In this document: one piece after another, positions 27,841-41,571 of the stretch
How the letters are laid out: each line of letters opens with the position of its first letter
Position numbering within the stretch: position 1 is the first letter of the stretch
Source: Eledone cirrhosa
Lineage: Eukaryota
Reading direction: 5' to 3'
DNA length: 64,000 nucleotides
NCBI GenBank assembly: GCA_964016885.1
Contig: OZ024758.1
Location: 27,528,001-27,592,000 of the forward strand
Notes under the pieces: generated by a model
Seen by the model: the letters and a program-made list of their open reading frames with translations, nothing else
What the model was told of the DNA's origin: nothing
Database searches by the model: none
Program-made: the position numbers and the translations under genes

Positions 27841-28249
27841 TTGAAACTATGAAACAATAGAGCCAGAGTCAATATAGGGCCTGGAGGAAACATATTTTTA
27901 AAATAGGCTCAAATTCTTGGGGATGCTAAAAAATAACATTAATGAAATAAGGGTGAGGTATTCAATTCAATGAGTATGGGCTTAGTATTATGTAGGCAAT
28001 ACAACTAATGAGATCACAAGATATAAAATAGCAATTCAGTTAAGTTAATGAAGATTGACATAAGATGAGTTGTTCATAAGGTTATAAATTTGGGGACCAT
28101 TAACCTCATCTTTAGGAAAACACTAAAAGAAGATAAGCCATGGAGACTTAAAAGAAATTATACAACACAAACTTGTGTAAATGAAACTAAACTCCAAAGA
28201 GTAGAAACCAGTAAAACTCAAATAAGATTGTTTATTTTGTGATCCTTAC

Positions 28250-28370
28250 CTTCTCATTACTAGTTTGGTATCGAAGATGCAAAGCTGTAGGTTCCCAGTC
28301 AATAGCCACAAAAGAGCTACCAAAGTTAAATACATTTGTATTGCAATCTATTACACAGCCTCGGCAGAAC
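28250..28370 (-). CDS. USP32: USP32 exon (not in ORF track)
   Basis: ttcttacAG|G; encodes (K)FCRGCVIDCNTNVFNFGSSFVAIDWEPTALHLRYQTSNEK|GTAAG. Confidence 0.93.
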
Positions 28371-28979
28371 CTGTAAGAAAAAGAATATCTATTGACAATA
28401 TGAACAGCAAATGTTCAAACAAAATCATTCAACAATATTTAAAATAATAATCAAAATACAAACAAGTTTACAGTGAAACATTATTTACAAGGAATCAGTA
28501 TTCAGTTAATTTGTGATTTGAAATAATTAGAAAAATTTATGCAGTTTGAAAAGTTGAAATCTTGCATGCATCAATTTCAACTTTTCTTATCAATAACTAC
28601 ATTGTTTCTTTCCAGGGATTATGGTGAAAAATAAACCTCATTTGGTCATTCCATGAGAGTATCTTGGTCAGCCTATGAACTTTTCAGCTGACCTGTAGAG
28701 TTAAATTCTAATCATTAACACAAACTTACAAGATTTGATTCTGAATGTTTAAAACAAAAAATTGATGATCTAATGATAATTCAATAAGAACTGGCTAGTA
28801 GATTTGGTTTGTATTTTGTCATCACTACTGCAGCAAGTATAATGAAGGCTATGATTCACTGATGAGACCAGAATAAGACTGAAGCATATCCTATGCTATC
28901 TCTCGTACTTGTCAGAAGAGTGAAAAATATTAGTCATTGACTAATTATTATTTTTCTCCCTGCATAATTATTTTAAGTT

Positions 28980-29931
28980 TAAACCTTTATCATTTAAACC
29001 GACCGTAATTGGCTAGAATTCTCTCACCTCTTTCTATTCAAACTGGCTGTGACCAGCCACTCATACTAACGTTAAGGTATTGTTCTCAAAATAAATAATA
29101 TCAAAATCTCATAGATTCGATATTATGTGAAATATTATGTGAAATATTATGTAAAGTAGAGCCTTTACCATGAAAATACAATAGTAAATTTGGAGTAATG
29201 TAAATGCTAAAGGGTTAATGGTAAGTACTAAAATATATGCTCCCTGCATTAAATATGTTAACAATATCTAGTTTAATACCTTACTATTGTACTATACCGA
29301 TACAGCTAAAGTTATTTAATTATAAAGCTTATATGGATCTAGTCAAATCAAACAAAGTCAAGTCAAAGCAGAAAAATGTTTCTAAGGGTTATGAATTCTA
29401 TTTAACCCTTTAGTATTCACATTACTCTATATAAACTATTGTATTTTCATGGTAAAGGCTTTATCTCACATAATATCGAATCTATGAGATTTTGAAAGTA
29501 TTTATTTTGAGAACAATACCTTAACATCAGTTTGAGCGACCAGTTACAGCCAGTTTCAACAGAAATAGGTAGAGAATTCTGGCCGTTTTTGGCTGGTTTG
29601 AACATTAATGGGTTAAATTAGCTGTATCTGGCCAGAATTCTCTCATCTCTTCCTGTTCAAACCAGCCATAACTGGCCACTCATACTTTATGTTACGGTAT
29701 TATTCTCAAAATATATAATTGGTTCTACGTTTGGCACACGGCCAGCAATTACCCAGTGCATTACTGGTACTTTATTTTATCGACCCCGTAAGGATGAAAG
29801 GCAAAGTTAACCTCGGCGGGATTATATCGAAATTTCAGATTCGATATTATGTGAGATAATTATGTGTCGTAAAGCGTTTACTGTTAAAATATAATAGTAA
29901 ATATAGAGTAATGTAAATGCTAAAGGGTTAA
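28980..29931. mobile_element. Three piggyBac-like MITE copies in alternating orientation, one interrupted by a SINE
   Basis: Homologous to 59162-59367; SINE core at about 29715-29822. Confidence 0.75.
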
Positions 29932-29978
29932 AGTATTTATTGATACCTTGAACACTTAATAACTGAGAAGCTACTTAC

Positions 29979-30065
29979 TTGTACCAAGGACACCAGGCAC
30001 AGGCAAAACCATCTTTCTGAACCACTTTAAGTGTAAATGGATATTCATAGCCAAGACTGTCATCA
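29979..30065 (-). CDS. USP32: USP32 exon (not in ORF track)
   Basis: tttttAG|T; encodes (C)DDSLGYEYPFTLKVVQKDGFACAWCPWY. Ends AA|GTAAGT. Confidence 0.93.
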
Positions 30066-30657
30066 CTAAAAAGAAATTGATAATTTAGCAATTTTACCTA
30101 TACAGGTAAAAATCTGTTATAACGAATACCATTATAACAAAGTTTTCAGTATAACGAAATTTTTTTCAATCCCTGGCCACATGTTCAATGTGTTAGGTCG
30201 ATCTTGTTATAAAGAATTTTTCGTTACAACAAATTTTTTTATACCCAGTGAATTTCATTATAACAAGTTTTATTGTTTCTGGTGTGACCATATTTCTAAT
30301 GAAATACACCCAGGTTCAGTTAGTTAATGAAGAGTTTTGCAGGATTTACAAACATTATTAATTATTTCATTATTAAAATAGTAAGATATATAGTTATTAT
30401 ATGGAATTATGTTGGAGGTTTTAAGTTAAAAAAGAACCCTTTCAAATGGGTGGTTTTGTTTCGTATAACCAGAGGCAGTTTTGGGAAGGTTGATATCAAT
30501 AAGATTAAAAACCTTTAAAAAAAACTTTACATTTAGAAAACAATGTACACACATTTTCTTTTACAAGATAAAAACAGCAACAATGATTTCTTATATTTTT
30601 TGGCACATAGTTTTAAATTTCCGAGAACAAACAACAATTTTTCAACTATATCTCTTT

Positions 30658-31000
30658 GGAGTCACATGGCTTAGTGGTTAGAGCATTGGGCTTGCAATCA
30701 AAAGGTTGTAAGTTCAATTCTCAGACCGGGTGATGTGTTGTGTCCTTGAGCAAGACATTTTATTTAACATTTGTCCAGTTTACTCAGCTGTAGAAATGAG
30801 ATGATAGAGACTGGGGTCCCTATCATTCCACTGTAAAATGGACGTGTATGCACCACGGAAAAAAAGCACCCAGCACTCACTGTAAATGAAGTTGGTGTTA
30901 GGAAGGGCATCCAGCTGTAGAAATCAAGCCAGAATCAGTTCCCGTCCCACCCTTGCAAGCAGCGAAAAGCGGACGTAAAATGATGATGATGATGATGATC
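30658..31000 (+). mobile_element. tRNA-derived SINE with RTE-type tail
   Basis: TGGCTTAGTGG A box, GTTCAATTC B box, GTCCTTGAGCAAGAC, GGAAGGGCATCCAGC and a (GAT)n tail. Confidence 0.8.
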
Positions 31001-33899
31001 TCTTTCTGTATCAAGAACATCTATTTCACCTCTCTCCTCTCAAAAACGATTACCTTCAGTAATTTCATTACTTACAACTCTTCTTGGCTCTCCCACTCAT
31101 CCCATACTGTTACCAGTGAAGAAACTGAATAACTTTTAGTACTCAACCCTCTACATCAACTAGTCTGGTCTCCTACATGCATTGCTTATTGACACACAGA
31201 CATCAAACACACTTTATCTTTTTACCACCTCCAAACCTAACCTCTGACTCACTTTGTCTCTACACCAAGCGACTCATTCAACCACTACATTACCCTCACT
31301 ATCCATTACACGTCTACATACAACTCAATGACTGTTTCACCACATAGACTTTATAGCACTTCAAAACAGCAGACCAGCTGGAGCTTTGCACCTGACCCCA
31401 GACCTTTCATTAACTCTTTAGCATTTAAACCGACCATATCCAGCCAGAATTCTCTTACCTCTTTCTGTTCAAACTGGCTGTAATTGCCCGCTCATACTGA
31501 TGTTAAGATATTGTTCTCAAAATAAATAATATAAAAATCTCATAGATTCGATATTATGTGAAATAAAGTGTTTACTGTAAAAGTACAATAGTAAATATAG
31601 AGTAATGTAAATGCTAGACGGTTAATCCAGTACTTTCTTCCCAAACATTGGCTCTATCGAATTCCTCTTTGCACATGTTTTTTTCTTCTGTAGTCTCCAA
31701 GATAATGAAAGAATGTGATTAACCTGTTGACTGCTGCATATATTTTACACAGCTACAGTTGCTGTGCCATTTTTCCCCCCAGTAAAATGACTATTTTGAT
31801 TGACAAACATCACATCAATAAACTAGTAACCCCATCTAGCTTTGAAGTTAAACATGTTAGGACGAGTTATCTCCTCCACAGCACTGAAGAGGTTAAGAAG
31901 CAGACTATCAAAGTTTTACATCTTTCAGTCTCCAGGTTTACTATATTAACCACAGTTCTCTGAATAAGACTTCCTTTGATTACAGAGCATGTATAGTAAT
32001 TTGTTGTATGCAAGTAAATATGCATAACATAGAGTATAATTTAAACACTTAAGTATAAATAACACACGGTTATATTTGTATTGTATTTCAATAACTATCA
32101 CAAAACTAAATATTCTTGTTAATCTTATTTGCTTCGCTGCTTTCTTTCAACTGTATATCATCCAGATTTATATGAAGTCTTTCTTGGGCAAATGCCAGAA
32201 TTAACTTCATCAAGTTTATTATGAAACTAACTAATCTAACTTCATTCTAAACTGTCAATACTAATATATGGCAAAAGTTTAGAATTAGGGGAAATAATTT
32301 ATATTCTCATACTAATTTATAGCTCATCATCATTTAATGTCTGCTTTCCCTGCTAGTAAGGATTGGACAAGTGTACATAGACAAAGTTAGTACTAACTAC
32401 TGACCTTCCAAACAAGCCGAAGGGGTTGGCATCTTGCTTACATTCTATCAAGTGCACAGGAGAGGTTGTCATGTCTGTGACACAACTGGAGGGTTCTCCC
32501 AATACTTTGTTTGGCAGACTTTCTATGGCTGGATGCCCTAGAAAGCCTGACAAACAAGAAATTTCTTACAACAATCTTTAATCTCAGTTTTTCTAGTCTT
32601 GGATAGCATACAATTAAAACCTTCAGAATTATGACAAATACTCCGTCTCCCAATCTTTAATGATATTCCTTGGTAATCTATCATTATAACACAGCATAAT
32701 CAGTATCTTCCAGACTAGCTTACCTCATCAGGATCAGAAGTAATACAACTCTGAACATTTGATCATTCTCTACATAGCTGAAGTAAGACTTACAATGAAA
32801 TACTACTACTACTACTACTACTACACACAAACATTCTGGAGGTAAAATTCTGTTATAACAAATACCATTGTAATGAATTTTTAGGTATAACAAATTTGTT
32901 TAACCCCCGAGGTTTAACAAAACAAACACTCAATTTGTTCTGGTCGATCTCGTTATAAAGAATTTTTCATTACAATGAATTTTTTTTATACCCCATGAAT
33001 TTCGTTATAGCATAATTTCACTGTATATTGCATTCAAAAGAAGGCCATCTGATTGATTGCAAAGACTCTCTCACCAACATTACATCTTACACACAAATAC
33101 AGTCTCCTCACTGACAATTACATCACTATTAGAATGACCTCTGCTCCTATAAACTAGCTTGTTACAACATACCATCTCTACCATGTTCACTCTATACACC
33201 TGACTCTCGCCCTTCTAATCCTTCCTTCTCAGAACATCAACCCTTTGGAATTCCCTTCTTGCTTGCATTTTGCCTGCAGGATATTCAAACTGAACAGTGA
33301 CTTTATCACTCCTACGAGGAGGTCCTACAAGGGTCCTGAGCACTGACCTATTTTCATGAAATATTAAACATGTCATTGAAGAGGGATCAGAATGACAGGA
33401 TACTACAACTTAGTCAAGTAGAATAACCTTAACACAGTTTTAAATACTAAACATTTCCAGTTGTATTTTTTTAACACTTAATGTACACATTAAAATACAC
33501 TAGCAGAAAAACCACCCTTAGGGTGGTTTTCTGCTAGCATGTGTAGTGTGTATATTGATATTATACGCAGGTAAATATATACATGTAGATATGATACATG
33601 AAATAAAATCGTAATTGACAATATATAATACATAGAAATTGAACGAAGACTGCGTTACACTGTCTTATGTAATCAGTAACGTAATCCATGATACATTAAA
33701 AAAAGACGATATTATATATAAACTGCATTAGGAGAGAATTAGTGACAGAAAATTAGAATGTTTATTTAAGCAAGGACCAACCAGAAATGTTGAAATTTCA
33801 GAAATTTTAAAGAAGTGAATCTTTAAATAAGCTATAAAATATATTTAATGAACAGCCACGAAATTTAGTAGATAAATTATGTAATATTCATTCATTATT

Positions 33900-34012
33900 T
33901 ATTCAAATCCCGCCTAGGTTAACTTTGCCTTTCATCCTTACGGGGTCGATAAAATAAAGTACCAGTAATGTACTGGGTAATTGCTGGCCTTGTGCCTAAA
34001 GTAGAAACAATT
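33900..34012 (+). mobile_element. 5'-truncated Nin/Deu-domain SINE
   Basis: Core motif with ATTATTTATTCAAA flanking duplication. Confidence 0.75.
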
Positions 34013-35009
34013 ATTTATTCAAAGTAATCCAACTTATTTTACAAGCGGGATAAAAAAAACAAAACTGTACGCAATCCTGCAGACCTTCCTTTATTATAGT
34101 TTAGATTAGCAATACCTTCTTAGAAATTACAAAATACCACTATGACTGCATCACATTAAATAGCAAAGTCTTTACTTAAGTTTACTGCAAATCTTCACAA
34201 CAATTTGCACAGTTGTAGATATACTGTAAATATATGAATTAACAAACCCATTTTTAGATATTTAAAGCTAAACCATTACAGGATGTTATTAGTAAAATAT
34301 TTATTACTTCAATTTTAGAGAAAAGAGGTCATAGACACATATTTCAGTTCTATAACACCAACCTGATAGCTTCAGAAACCTATTTAATTTTTCATATCTG
34401 ATATTCTAAATAAAACTTATTTGGGATAATATATATATATATTAATATAATATATATATATATAATCATATCCGCTCTCTTGCTCTGGAACCCTGACTCC
34501 AGCCTGACTAGGAAGCTGTCATTCCCTGACGTTATCTCTAGGGATACGGGAATCAGTAGACAGGACCTGGCGGCGGCGATGGGGGACAGGGAATTCTGGG
34601 GCATGAGAGTGAGATCCATCATCTCGACAGTAGTCGACGAATGATGATGATGATGATATATATATATACATATATAATCATTTAACATCCATTTTCCATG
34701 CTAGCATGGAAGAATGGACGTAAAACGGATGATGTTGATGATATATTTATATCATCATCATTGTTTTACGTCCATTTTTGCACGCTAGCATGGGTTAGAC
34801 GGGTTGTCCTGTTATGGGCAATACCATGTCAGGTGACCATGTCTTGTTCATACAGAACTGATTTGGGCTTGATTTCTACAGCTGGGATGCCCTTCCTAAC
34901 ACCAATCTCATTTACAGTGAGTGCTGGGTGCTTTTTTGTTGTGACACCTACACGACCACTTTACAGTGGAAGGGGTGGGGGCATACTGTCTATATGCTTC
35001 AGCTTGTAC

Positions 35010-35530
35010 CCGTGGAAAGTCAGGTCTTCTGTATTACTACGTAACACCAGAAGTCTTGGTCGTGTGTCATCACCTTTGAGAGGTGCAATTGGGCATGGTC
35101 AGCTTTTATCACCTTATCCCAGATCTTTTTGGGTCTCTTCACTCCAAGGTTTCCATCGACTTCTAGTGTTCTGCACCTTTTTATGCAGCTGTCATCCTTC
35201 ATACGCATCACATGTCCATACCAACATAATCTCCTCTCCTGTACACAGCATTTGATTTCTCTTATGCTTAGTCTCTCTCTCTCTCAATTCATTGATGCTT
35301 TGCCATTCGGCGTATATTACTATTACACATCCATCAGAGCATCCAAGCTTCGTTTCTTTCTAATCTATGCAAGTCTTCTGCACACAACGTCCAGGTCTCA
35401 CTACCATGTAACATTGCTGTTCGTATGCACACATCATACAGTCTGCCTTTCATTTTGAGGGAAAAGCCTTTTGCAGCTAGCAGTGGCAGTAGCTCCCTGA
35501 ACTTCTTCCATTCTGTTCTTACCCTGGTTA
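35010..35530 (-). mobile_element. RTE LINE 3' fragment
   Basis: WKKFRELLPLL...KGRLYDVCIRTAMLHGSETW...RPKKIW. Confidence 0.85.
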
Positions 35531-35699
35531 TTGTGTATATATATATGTGTGTTTGTAGGTGAGTAATATTGTAGAACAATAAAACTATGCATATATCAGA
35601 TAAGTAGCACTCAACAGTTGGTAGAACTGGAGTATATATTAAAGAAGAAATTAAAAGATGGTTAAAGAAGTTCCATATATTTTATTATGCACATTATAC

Positions 35700-36440
35700 T
35701 ATTAAATTCTCATATTCCACTACCCCGAACATTTCTAAAATTATCTCAAGACATAATTCTAACATATTAAATAATAACTCATATGCATCCAACCATGAGA
35801 GTCATAATAATAACACTATAAGGCCTGACGTCAATGTAAACTCTAGGCAAAATAACACAAGTATAAATACGACATCAAACGTAACTTTGAGGAATACATC
35901 AAATAGTAATGTAAATCTAGAAACTTTAGCACCTCCTTTAGTTAATTCCACCACTCCAGTTCCTAATATAATTAACCCTGGGCCACTTGCCAATAACACT
36001 GTAAATAATCTTAATCATAAATGCAACTGCCCTATTAGAACTAATTGTCCTCTTAGTAATTTCTGTCTCAATAAAAACCTAGTATACGAATGTAAAGTGG
36101 TAACTAGTACCAATACTTATATTGGCTCTACTTCTACCTCTTTTAAAGCAAGATTCTATAATCATTCTTCTACATTTAAATATCCACTTAAAAGGACCTG
36201 CACCGCACTCTCAGAGCTTATTTGGTCCTTAAAAGACAAAAACATTAATTACAAAATTTCTTGGCATAAAATCTACAACGCATCTCCATACTCCAATGCT
36301 TCCATATCTAGTGTTTGTAATTTATGTCTAGTTGAAAAATTTACCATTATCTCGAATTTCAACTATAATAAATAGAAGAACAGATTTATTTGGTCTTTGC
36401 AATCATAAATCCTTCAAGACCTATCACAAAGTATATAGCT
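35700..36440 (+). pseudogene. Penelope GIY-YIG endonuclease remnant
   Basis: KFSYSTTPNISKIISRHN...CNC-x5-CPL-x3-CLNKNLVY...TYIGST...FKARFYNH...TALSELIWSLK...CNLCLVEKFTII. Premature stop near the C-terminus and no RT portion. Confidence 0.85.
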
Positions 36441-37233
36441 AATGTCCTATAACTTTTTCCCACGAATAACGGTTAATTTTTTACACATATTTTTTTTACA
36501 TATATATTCTTTTTACATATATATATATATTTTTACACATATTTCATTATATTCTACAATGTATTAATTCAGTTTTCTCAGCATATTTTAAGCCTTTGAC
36601 CTTTTTTCAATAGCCTTAAATTTTCGCTCAAACCTTCATAGATTTTGTAAATAAATCATGACGTCATATGTTTTTCTACGTTTATAAACCTTTCTAGCAA
36701 TTTCCTTTATTTACTTGTTGATATTAAATAATAATTAAATAGTATACCCCACATTTATAGATTTTTAATAGAAATTTTTAATTTTGACATAGACTATTTT
36801 TATTTTTTTATTTTATTTTATTTTATTTTATTTTATTTTATATAAAAATCTTTTTTTATACTTATTTTAATTTAATTTAATTTTATTTTATTAATACATT
36901 TTTACACTTCTTAATCCAAGTTTTAGTATATAAAATAATATACCCAGTTTCTATATTTTAGACCTCTAATATTTGAATACCATCTATAATATTCGCACAT
37001 ACACCTCATCAATTTACTTTTTAGCTGTTATTTACAGTTGTTTTCATTTTGACAGCGTTCCTGATAAAAAGTCTCTCTCTCTCTCTCTTTCTCTCTCTTC
37101 CTTCTTTCTTTTTCCTTTTTCTCCTTCCCTTTTTTTCTATTTTCCTATCTTTTTCTTACTCTTATATTTTCTGTCATATGTAGGCTGCACTTTCCTGTTG
37201 ACAAGTGTTTTTAGGCCTAATATCATGTTACCT

Positions 37234-37300
37234 TATTTTATCTGATGAGAACACAATTTTTGTCCCAGGATGATGTTTTCGAAATGCGCATAATAAAATA
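37234..37300 (+). ncRNA. Minimal hammerhead ribozyme in Penelope pLTR
   Basis: TATTTTAT-CTGATGA-GAAC...TTTC-GAAA-TGCGCA-TA-ATAAAATA. The palindromic short stem III is typical of Penelope-like elements. Confidence 0.75.
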
Positions 37301-37558
37301 TATGGAACTTCTTTAACCATCTTTTAATTTCTTTTATATATATATATATAAAGAATTTTGAAGGATTTACTAAAATTATTAATTATTTCATCACTAACAT
37401 AGTAATTTAATGTAAAGTTCTTATATAAAATTATGTTAAAAGATTTTTATTTAAATAGGAACCTTTTAAAATGGGTAATTTTATTTCATAAAACCAGAGC
37501 CAGTTTTAGCTGGGTTGGGATCAAAAGGTTTAAGATGGAATAAAATAAAAACACTAAC

Positions 37559-37749
37559 CAATCTTGTGCATGATTCGGAATCTTAGCTTCTGATGGTGGT
37601 AGCGGGCTCACTAAGCGGGCCACTTGAGTCCAGACAAACTGGTAAAGGTTCTGATTAGATGTGCTTTCTTGACATGGCAAAATCAAAGGAGTACCAAATA
37701 GATCGGGATGGGCTTTTTGAGATGACAAGAAATAGTCATCCACGTGGAT
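37559..37749 (-). CDS. USP32: USP32 exon
   Basis: tttttAG|ATC; encodes IHVDDYFLSSQKAHPDLFGTPLILPC...VWTQVARLVSPLPPSEAKIPNHAQD. Ends TG|GTTAGT (phase 2). Confidence 0.93.
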
Positions 37750-38019
37750 CTAAAAATGAAGAATAAAAAGTTTTCTTTTTCATATCAATATTTCAAAAAA
37801 TTATAGTATTAGAAGTACAAGACATCAATATTCTATTTTAGGCAATATATGAAATACTTAAACAAAAAGGTTGCTTTGACAACTTATAGACAATATATAA
37901 AGCCAACTAAATTATTACATGCATTGAAATTACTATTTCTTCACAGACAAATATTTTATACAGTAAAAATTGAGAAAATCTGAATATATAAAAAAAAATG
38001 TTGACAACCTTAAACATAC

Positions 38020-38300
38020 TGATTCTGGCTTGATTTCTACAGCTGGATGCCCTTCCTAACACCAACCTCATTTACAGTGTGGGCTGGGTGCTTTTTTGCC
38101 GTGGCACCTCCACGACCACTTTGCAGTGGAATGATAGGGACCCCAGTCCCTATCATCTCATTTCTGCAGCTGAGTAAACTGGAGCAATGTGAAATAAAGT
38201 GTCTTGCTCAAGGAAACAACACATCACCCGGTCTGAGAATTGAACTCACAACCTTTCGATTGCAAGGCCAATGCTCTAACCACTAAGCCATGTGCCTCCA
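38020..38300 (-). mobile_element. tRNA-derived SINE
   Basis: Near-identical reverse complement of 61065-61345. Confidence 0.8.
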
Positions 38301-38504
38301 TATATATATAAGAATAACATTAAAATGATGCTATTACATAGATCGTTTTATGTAAGATTAGCATCTTTTTTAAAGTTATTCTTATACTGAATCTCCATTG
38401 TAACTACACATTATGAATGTAGAGCTTTCTCCTGCTTTTTGTTACCAAAACAACTTTTACTGAACACAATATAATATATATATATATATATTATATATAA
38501 AAGG

Positions 38505-38850
38505 GTAAAGACCCCCTTCAGTCACGAATGACCATGGGGTTTGCACCTAGAAAGTTCCCCTCCGAGGCACAAGTCCGGGCAAGGTTTATTTTGTGGAAGA
38601 CCAGTAGTTGCCCATGCAAACCAGTCTTCCCTCTCCACGCCATCGATGTTGTCCAAGAGAAAGGCAATGGCTGATACAGCTTGATACCAGTGACGTCACA
38701 ACTCATTTCTCTGCAGTTGAGTAAACTGGAGCAATATGAAATAAAGTATCTTGCTCAAGGACACAATGCATCACCCTGTCTGAGAATTGAACTCACAACC
38801 TCCAGATTGCAACCCCAATGCTCTAACACACTAAGCTATGTGCCTTCACA
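38505..38850 (-). mobile_element. tRNA-derived SINE
   Basis: Same tRNA head and CTTGAGCAAG core with a different 3' part. Confidence 0.7.
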
Positions 38851-39165
38851 TATATATATACATATATTTATAATATATATATATATATATCGGCTTCTGC
38901 TCACAACAGGACAACCCGTCTAACCCATGCTAGCGTCGAAGAATGGACGTAAAATGATGATGATGATGATGATATATATATATATATATATGTATAAATG
39001 AAGAAGAAGGCAGTATGTTAGAATCTTATATAATTTTATTAATTACATGATTGCTGTTATATGTATTTCAATGGTATCAACCATATGGCAGCCGAGTGCT
39101 GAAGGAGCAACATCAAAACACTCACCTGGGGCATATCACAGTATGAATTAAAAAATTACATAATA

Positions 39166-39224
39166 GCTGCCTGGTGAGGTTGTATCTATTGCATAACTGA
39201 TACCATTGAAATACGTATAACAGC
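39166..39224 (+). ncRNA. Degenerate hammerhead motif
   Basis: GCTGC-CTGGTGA-GGT TGTATC...GATACC ATT-GAAA-TACGTA-TA-ACAGC. One core substitution; lies inside an inverted repeat at 39010-39250. Confidence 0.45.
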
Positions 39225-40654
39225 AATGACATAAGATTCTAACATACTGCTTTCTAGGTTGTACAGATAGTTTGTGTAGGTTTACAATTTACACTTACAC
39301 AATTTTTATCTTAAAAGACATAGTTCTTCCTTTTACATTCACTTTACCTCCTATTGCCAACCACTTTTCAGAGTCTACTGGGTGCATTGAAAGTTACTGC
39401 ACTTTTAGGCATTTTAGGAGTTACATCTCACTCATGCCATCTTTTTTGTATTGTTTCTATGACAATACTTTCTTTCACCAACCACCTTATTGGTATTGGG
39501 CGTATTTTATCATGTCCAGGGCAACTCAAGAGTTTTCTCTATCTAAATAATCTCACTCTCAGCAAAACTAAAGATGATGATGATGATGATGATGATGAAA
39601 TTGAACAGAAACAGCATGAGTAGTGTAATGGGGGAAGAGAGTGAGAGGGAGGAAAGAGTCATGGGAGAGAGAGAGAGCGAGCGAGAGAGACTGATGGCTA
39701 GCAATAACGGTAAATGATAGTAAGAGGGAGATTAAATACAAACAGAACCAATGTGATGCCATCCCTTATTATACAAACAGTGGGGGAGGGGGGATATAGA
39801 GTGAAAGTAAGGAGGCACATTGATAAGGGAAGAAATGTGTGGAAGATGAGGAAACAATAAACAGAGAGGGAGAATGGTAGCTGGAGACTTAATCTTAATA
39901 TGAACATAAAGGATGGGGGCGTCCCAAATGTAGGCATTATACATCACCATTTTTATTTCCATCTTTCTACATTTGCATAGCTTTAGGGGATCACCTCTAG
40001 CACAGCTTCCTTTATACAAACTCAACACACACAGTCTATGTTAACCTTTTACCATTTACATTACTCTATATTTACTTTTGTATTTTCATGGTAAAGGCTT
40101 TACCTCGCATAATTATCTCACATAATATTGAATCTATGAGATTTTGATATTTATTTTGAGAACAATACCTTAACCAGTATGAGCGGCCAATTATAGCTGG
40201 TTTGAACAGAAAGAGGTGAGAGAATTCTGGCTGGATACAGCCAGTGTAAATGCTAAAAGATTAAATCTGGTTGATAAGAGAAAGCATCCACTTGTAACAT
40301 TATACTGAAACCTATGCAATGTAGATACACATCTCCATCACCATCACTTTAATTTCCATCTTTCTATGCTTGCATAGGTTTGGGGGATTGTCTCTAGCTC
40401 AGTGTCCTATCAGCACACACTGTCTATGTTAAATCTGGTTGATAACAGAAAGCATCCACTTGGAACATCATACTGAAACCTATGCAATCATCATCATCGT
40501 CATCTTCGTTTAACGTCCATCTTCCACGCTAGCAAGGGTTAGTCGGGAGTTGTCCCACTTGAGGCAAGGTTGGTTGGGTGACCGTGTCTCACTCATATAG
40601 GACTATCTGGCAGGTTTTCTACGGCTGGATGCCCTTCCTAACACCAACCACATT

Positions 40655-41015
40655 TACAGTGTGGAACTAGGAACTTTTTACCATGTTACCTACGCGACCA
40701 CATTACAGCGTGGAACTGTGTGTTACCTACGCGACCACATTACAGCGTGGAACTGTGTGTTACCTACGCGGCCACATTACAGCGTGGAACTGTGTGTTAC
40801 CTACGCGGCCACATTACAGCGTGGAACTGTGTGTTACCTACGCGACCACATTACAGCGTGGAACTGTGTGTTACCTACGCGGCCACATTACAGCGTGGAA
40901 CTGTGTGTTACCTACACGGCCACATTACAGCGTGGAACTGTGTGTTACCTACGCGACCACATTACAGCGTGGAACTGTGTGTTACCTACGCGACCACATT
41001 ACAGCGTGGACTGTG
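40655..41015. repeat. 37-bp minisatellite (about 9 copies) within an RTE-tailed repeat
   Basis: Unit TGTTACCTACGCGACCACATTACAGCGTGGAACTGTG. Confidence 0.9.
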
Positions 41016-41571
41016 CAATGTAGAAAAAAAATAATAAAATCCCCAATTACATATACAGGTCAAGCATGTTTTGTGCTGGTGTTATGCACAATAGGATTGT
41101 CATGTGTGACAGAACCTAGACAACCATGATCTACTTTTCAATATATTTTTCTCAGGATAGCTAGCAACTAAATATATGGATAAACATTTATATTTCATTC
41201 ATCATCATCATTTTTACGCCTGGTTTTCCATGATGACATGAGTTGGATGCGATATTTGGCCAAGATATACTACATGAACATTACCCCTTCAACCATGAAG
41301 ATTCAAGAGAACTGTGAAGTGAAGTAAATTCTAAGGCCCTTCTTAATGCTAAACCTTTTAGTCGATTTCTATGACATACAAGATATAGTTAGCCTATTCT
41401 TAAAACTGTGATAAACAATGTGATAGAAGTCTAACTTAAATGAATAATAAATGAGACAAGGGGTGATTTTCAGTCCTAGAATGAACAACCTCAAAGATAA
41501 CATCGCAGGCTTTAATATAGACATGCCCAACCTTTGGACAAACAAAGGAAATGAATTTGCCTTGTCTATTC

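Larger units (their letters stand above)
35553..37337 (+). mobile_element. 5'-truncated Penelope-like retroelement with inverted upstream pLTR
   Basis: GIY-YIG ORF, hammerhead-bearing 3' pLTR, and 35645-35690 is the reverse complement of 37288-37335. Confidence 0.85.

Noticed and set aside
30658-30730. tRNA genes at SINE heads
   Set aside because: A and B boxes run directly into SINE core and tail, with no complete cloverleaf.
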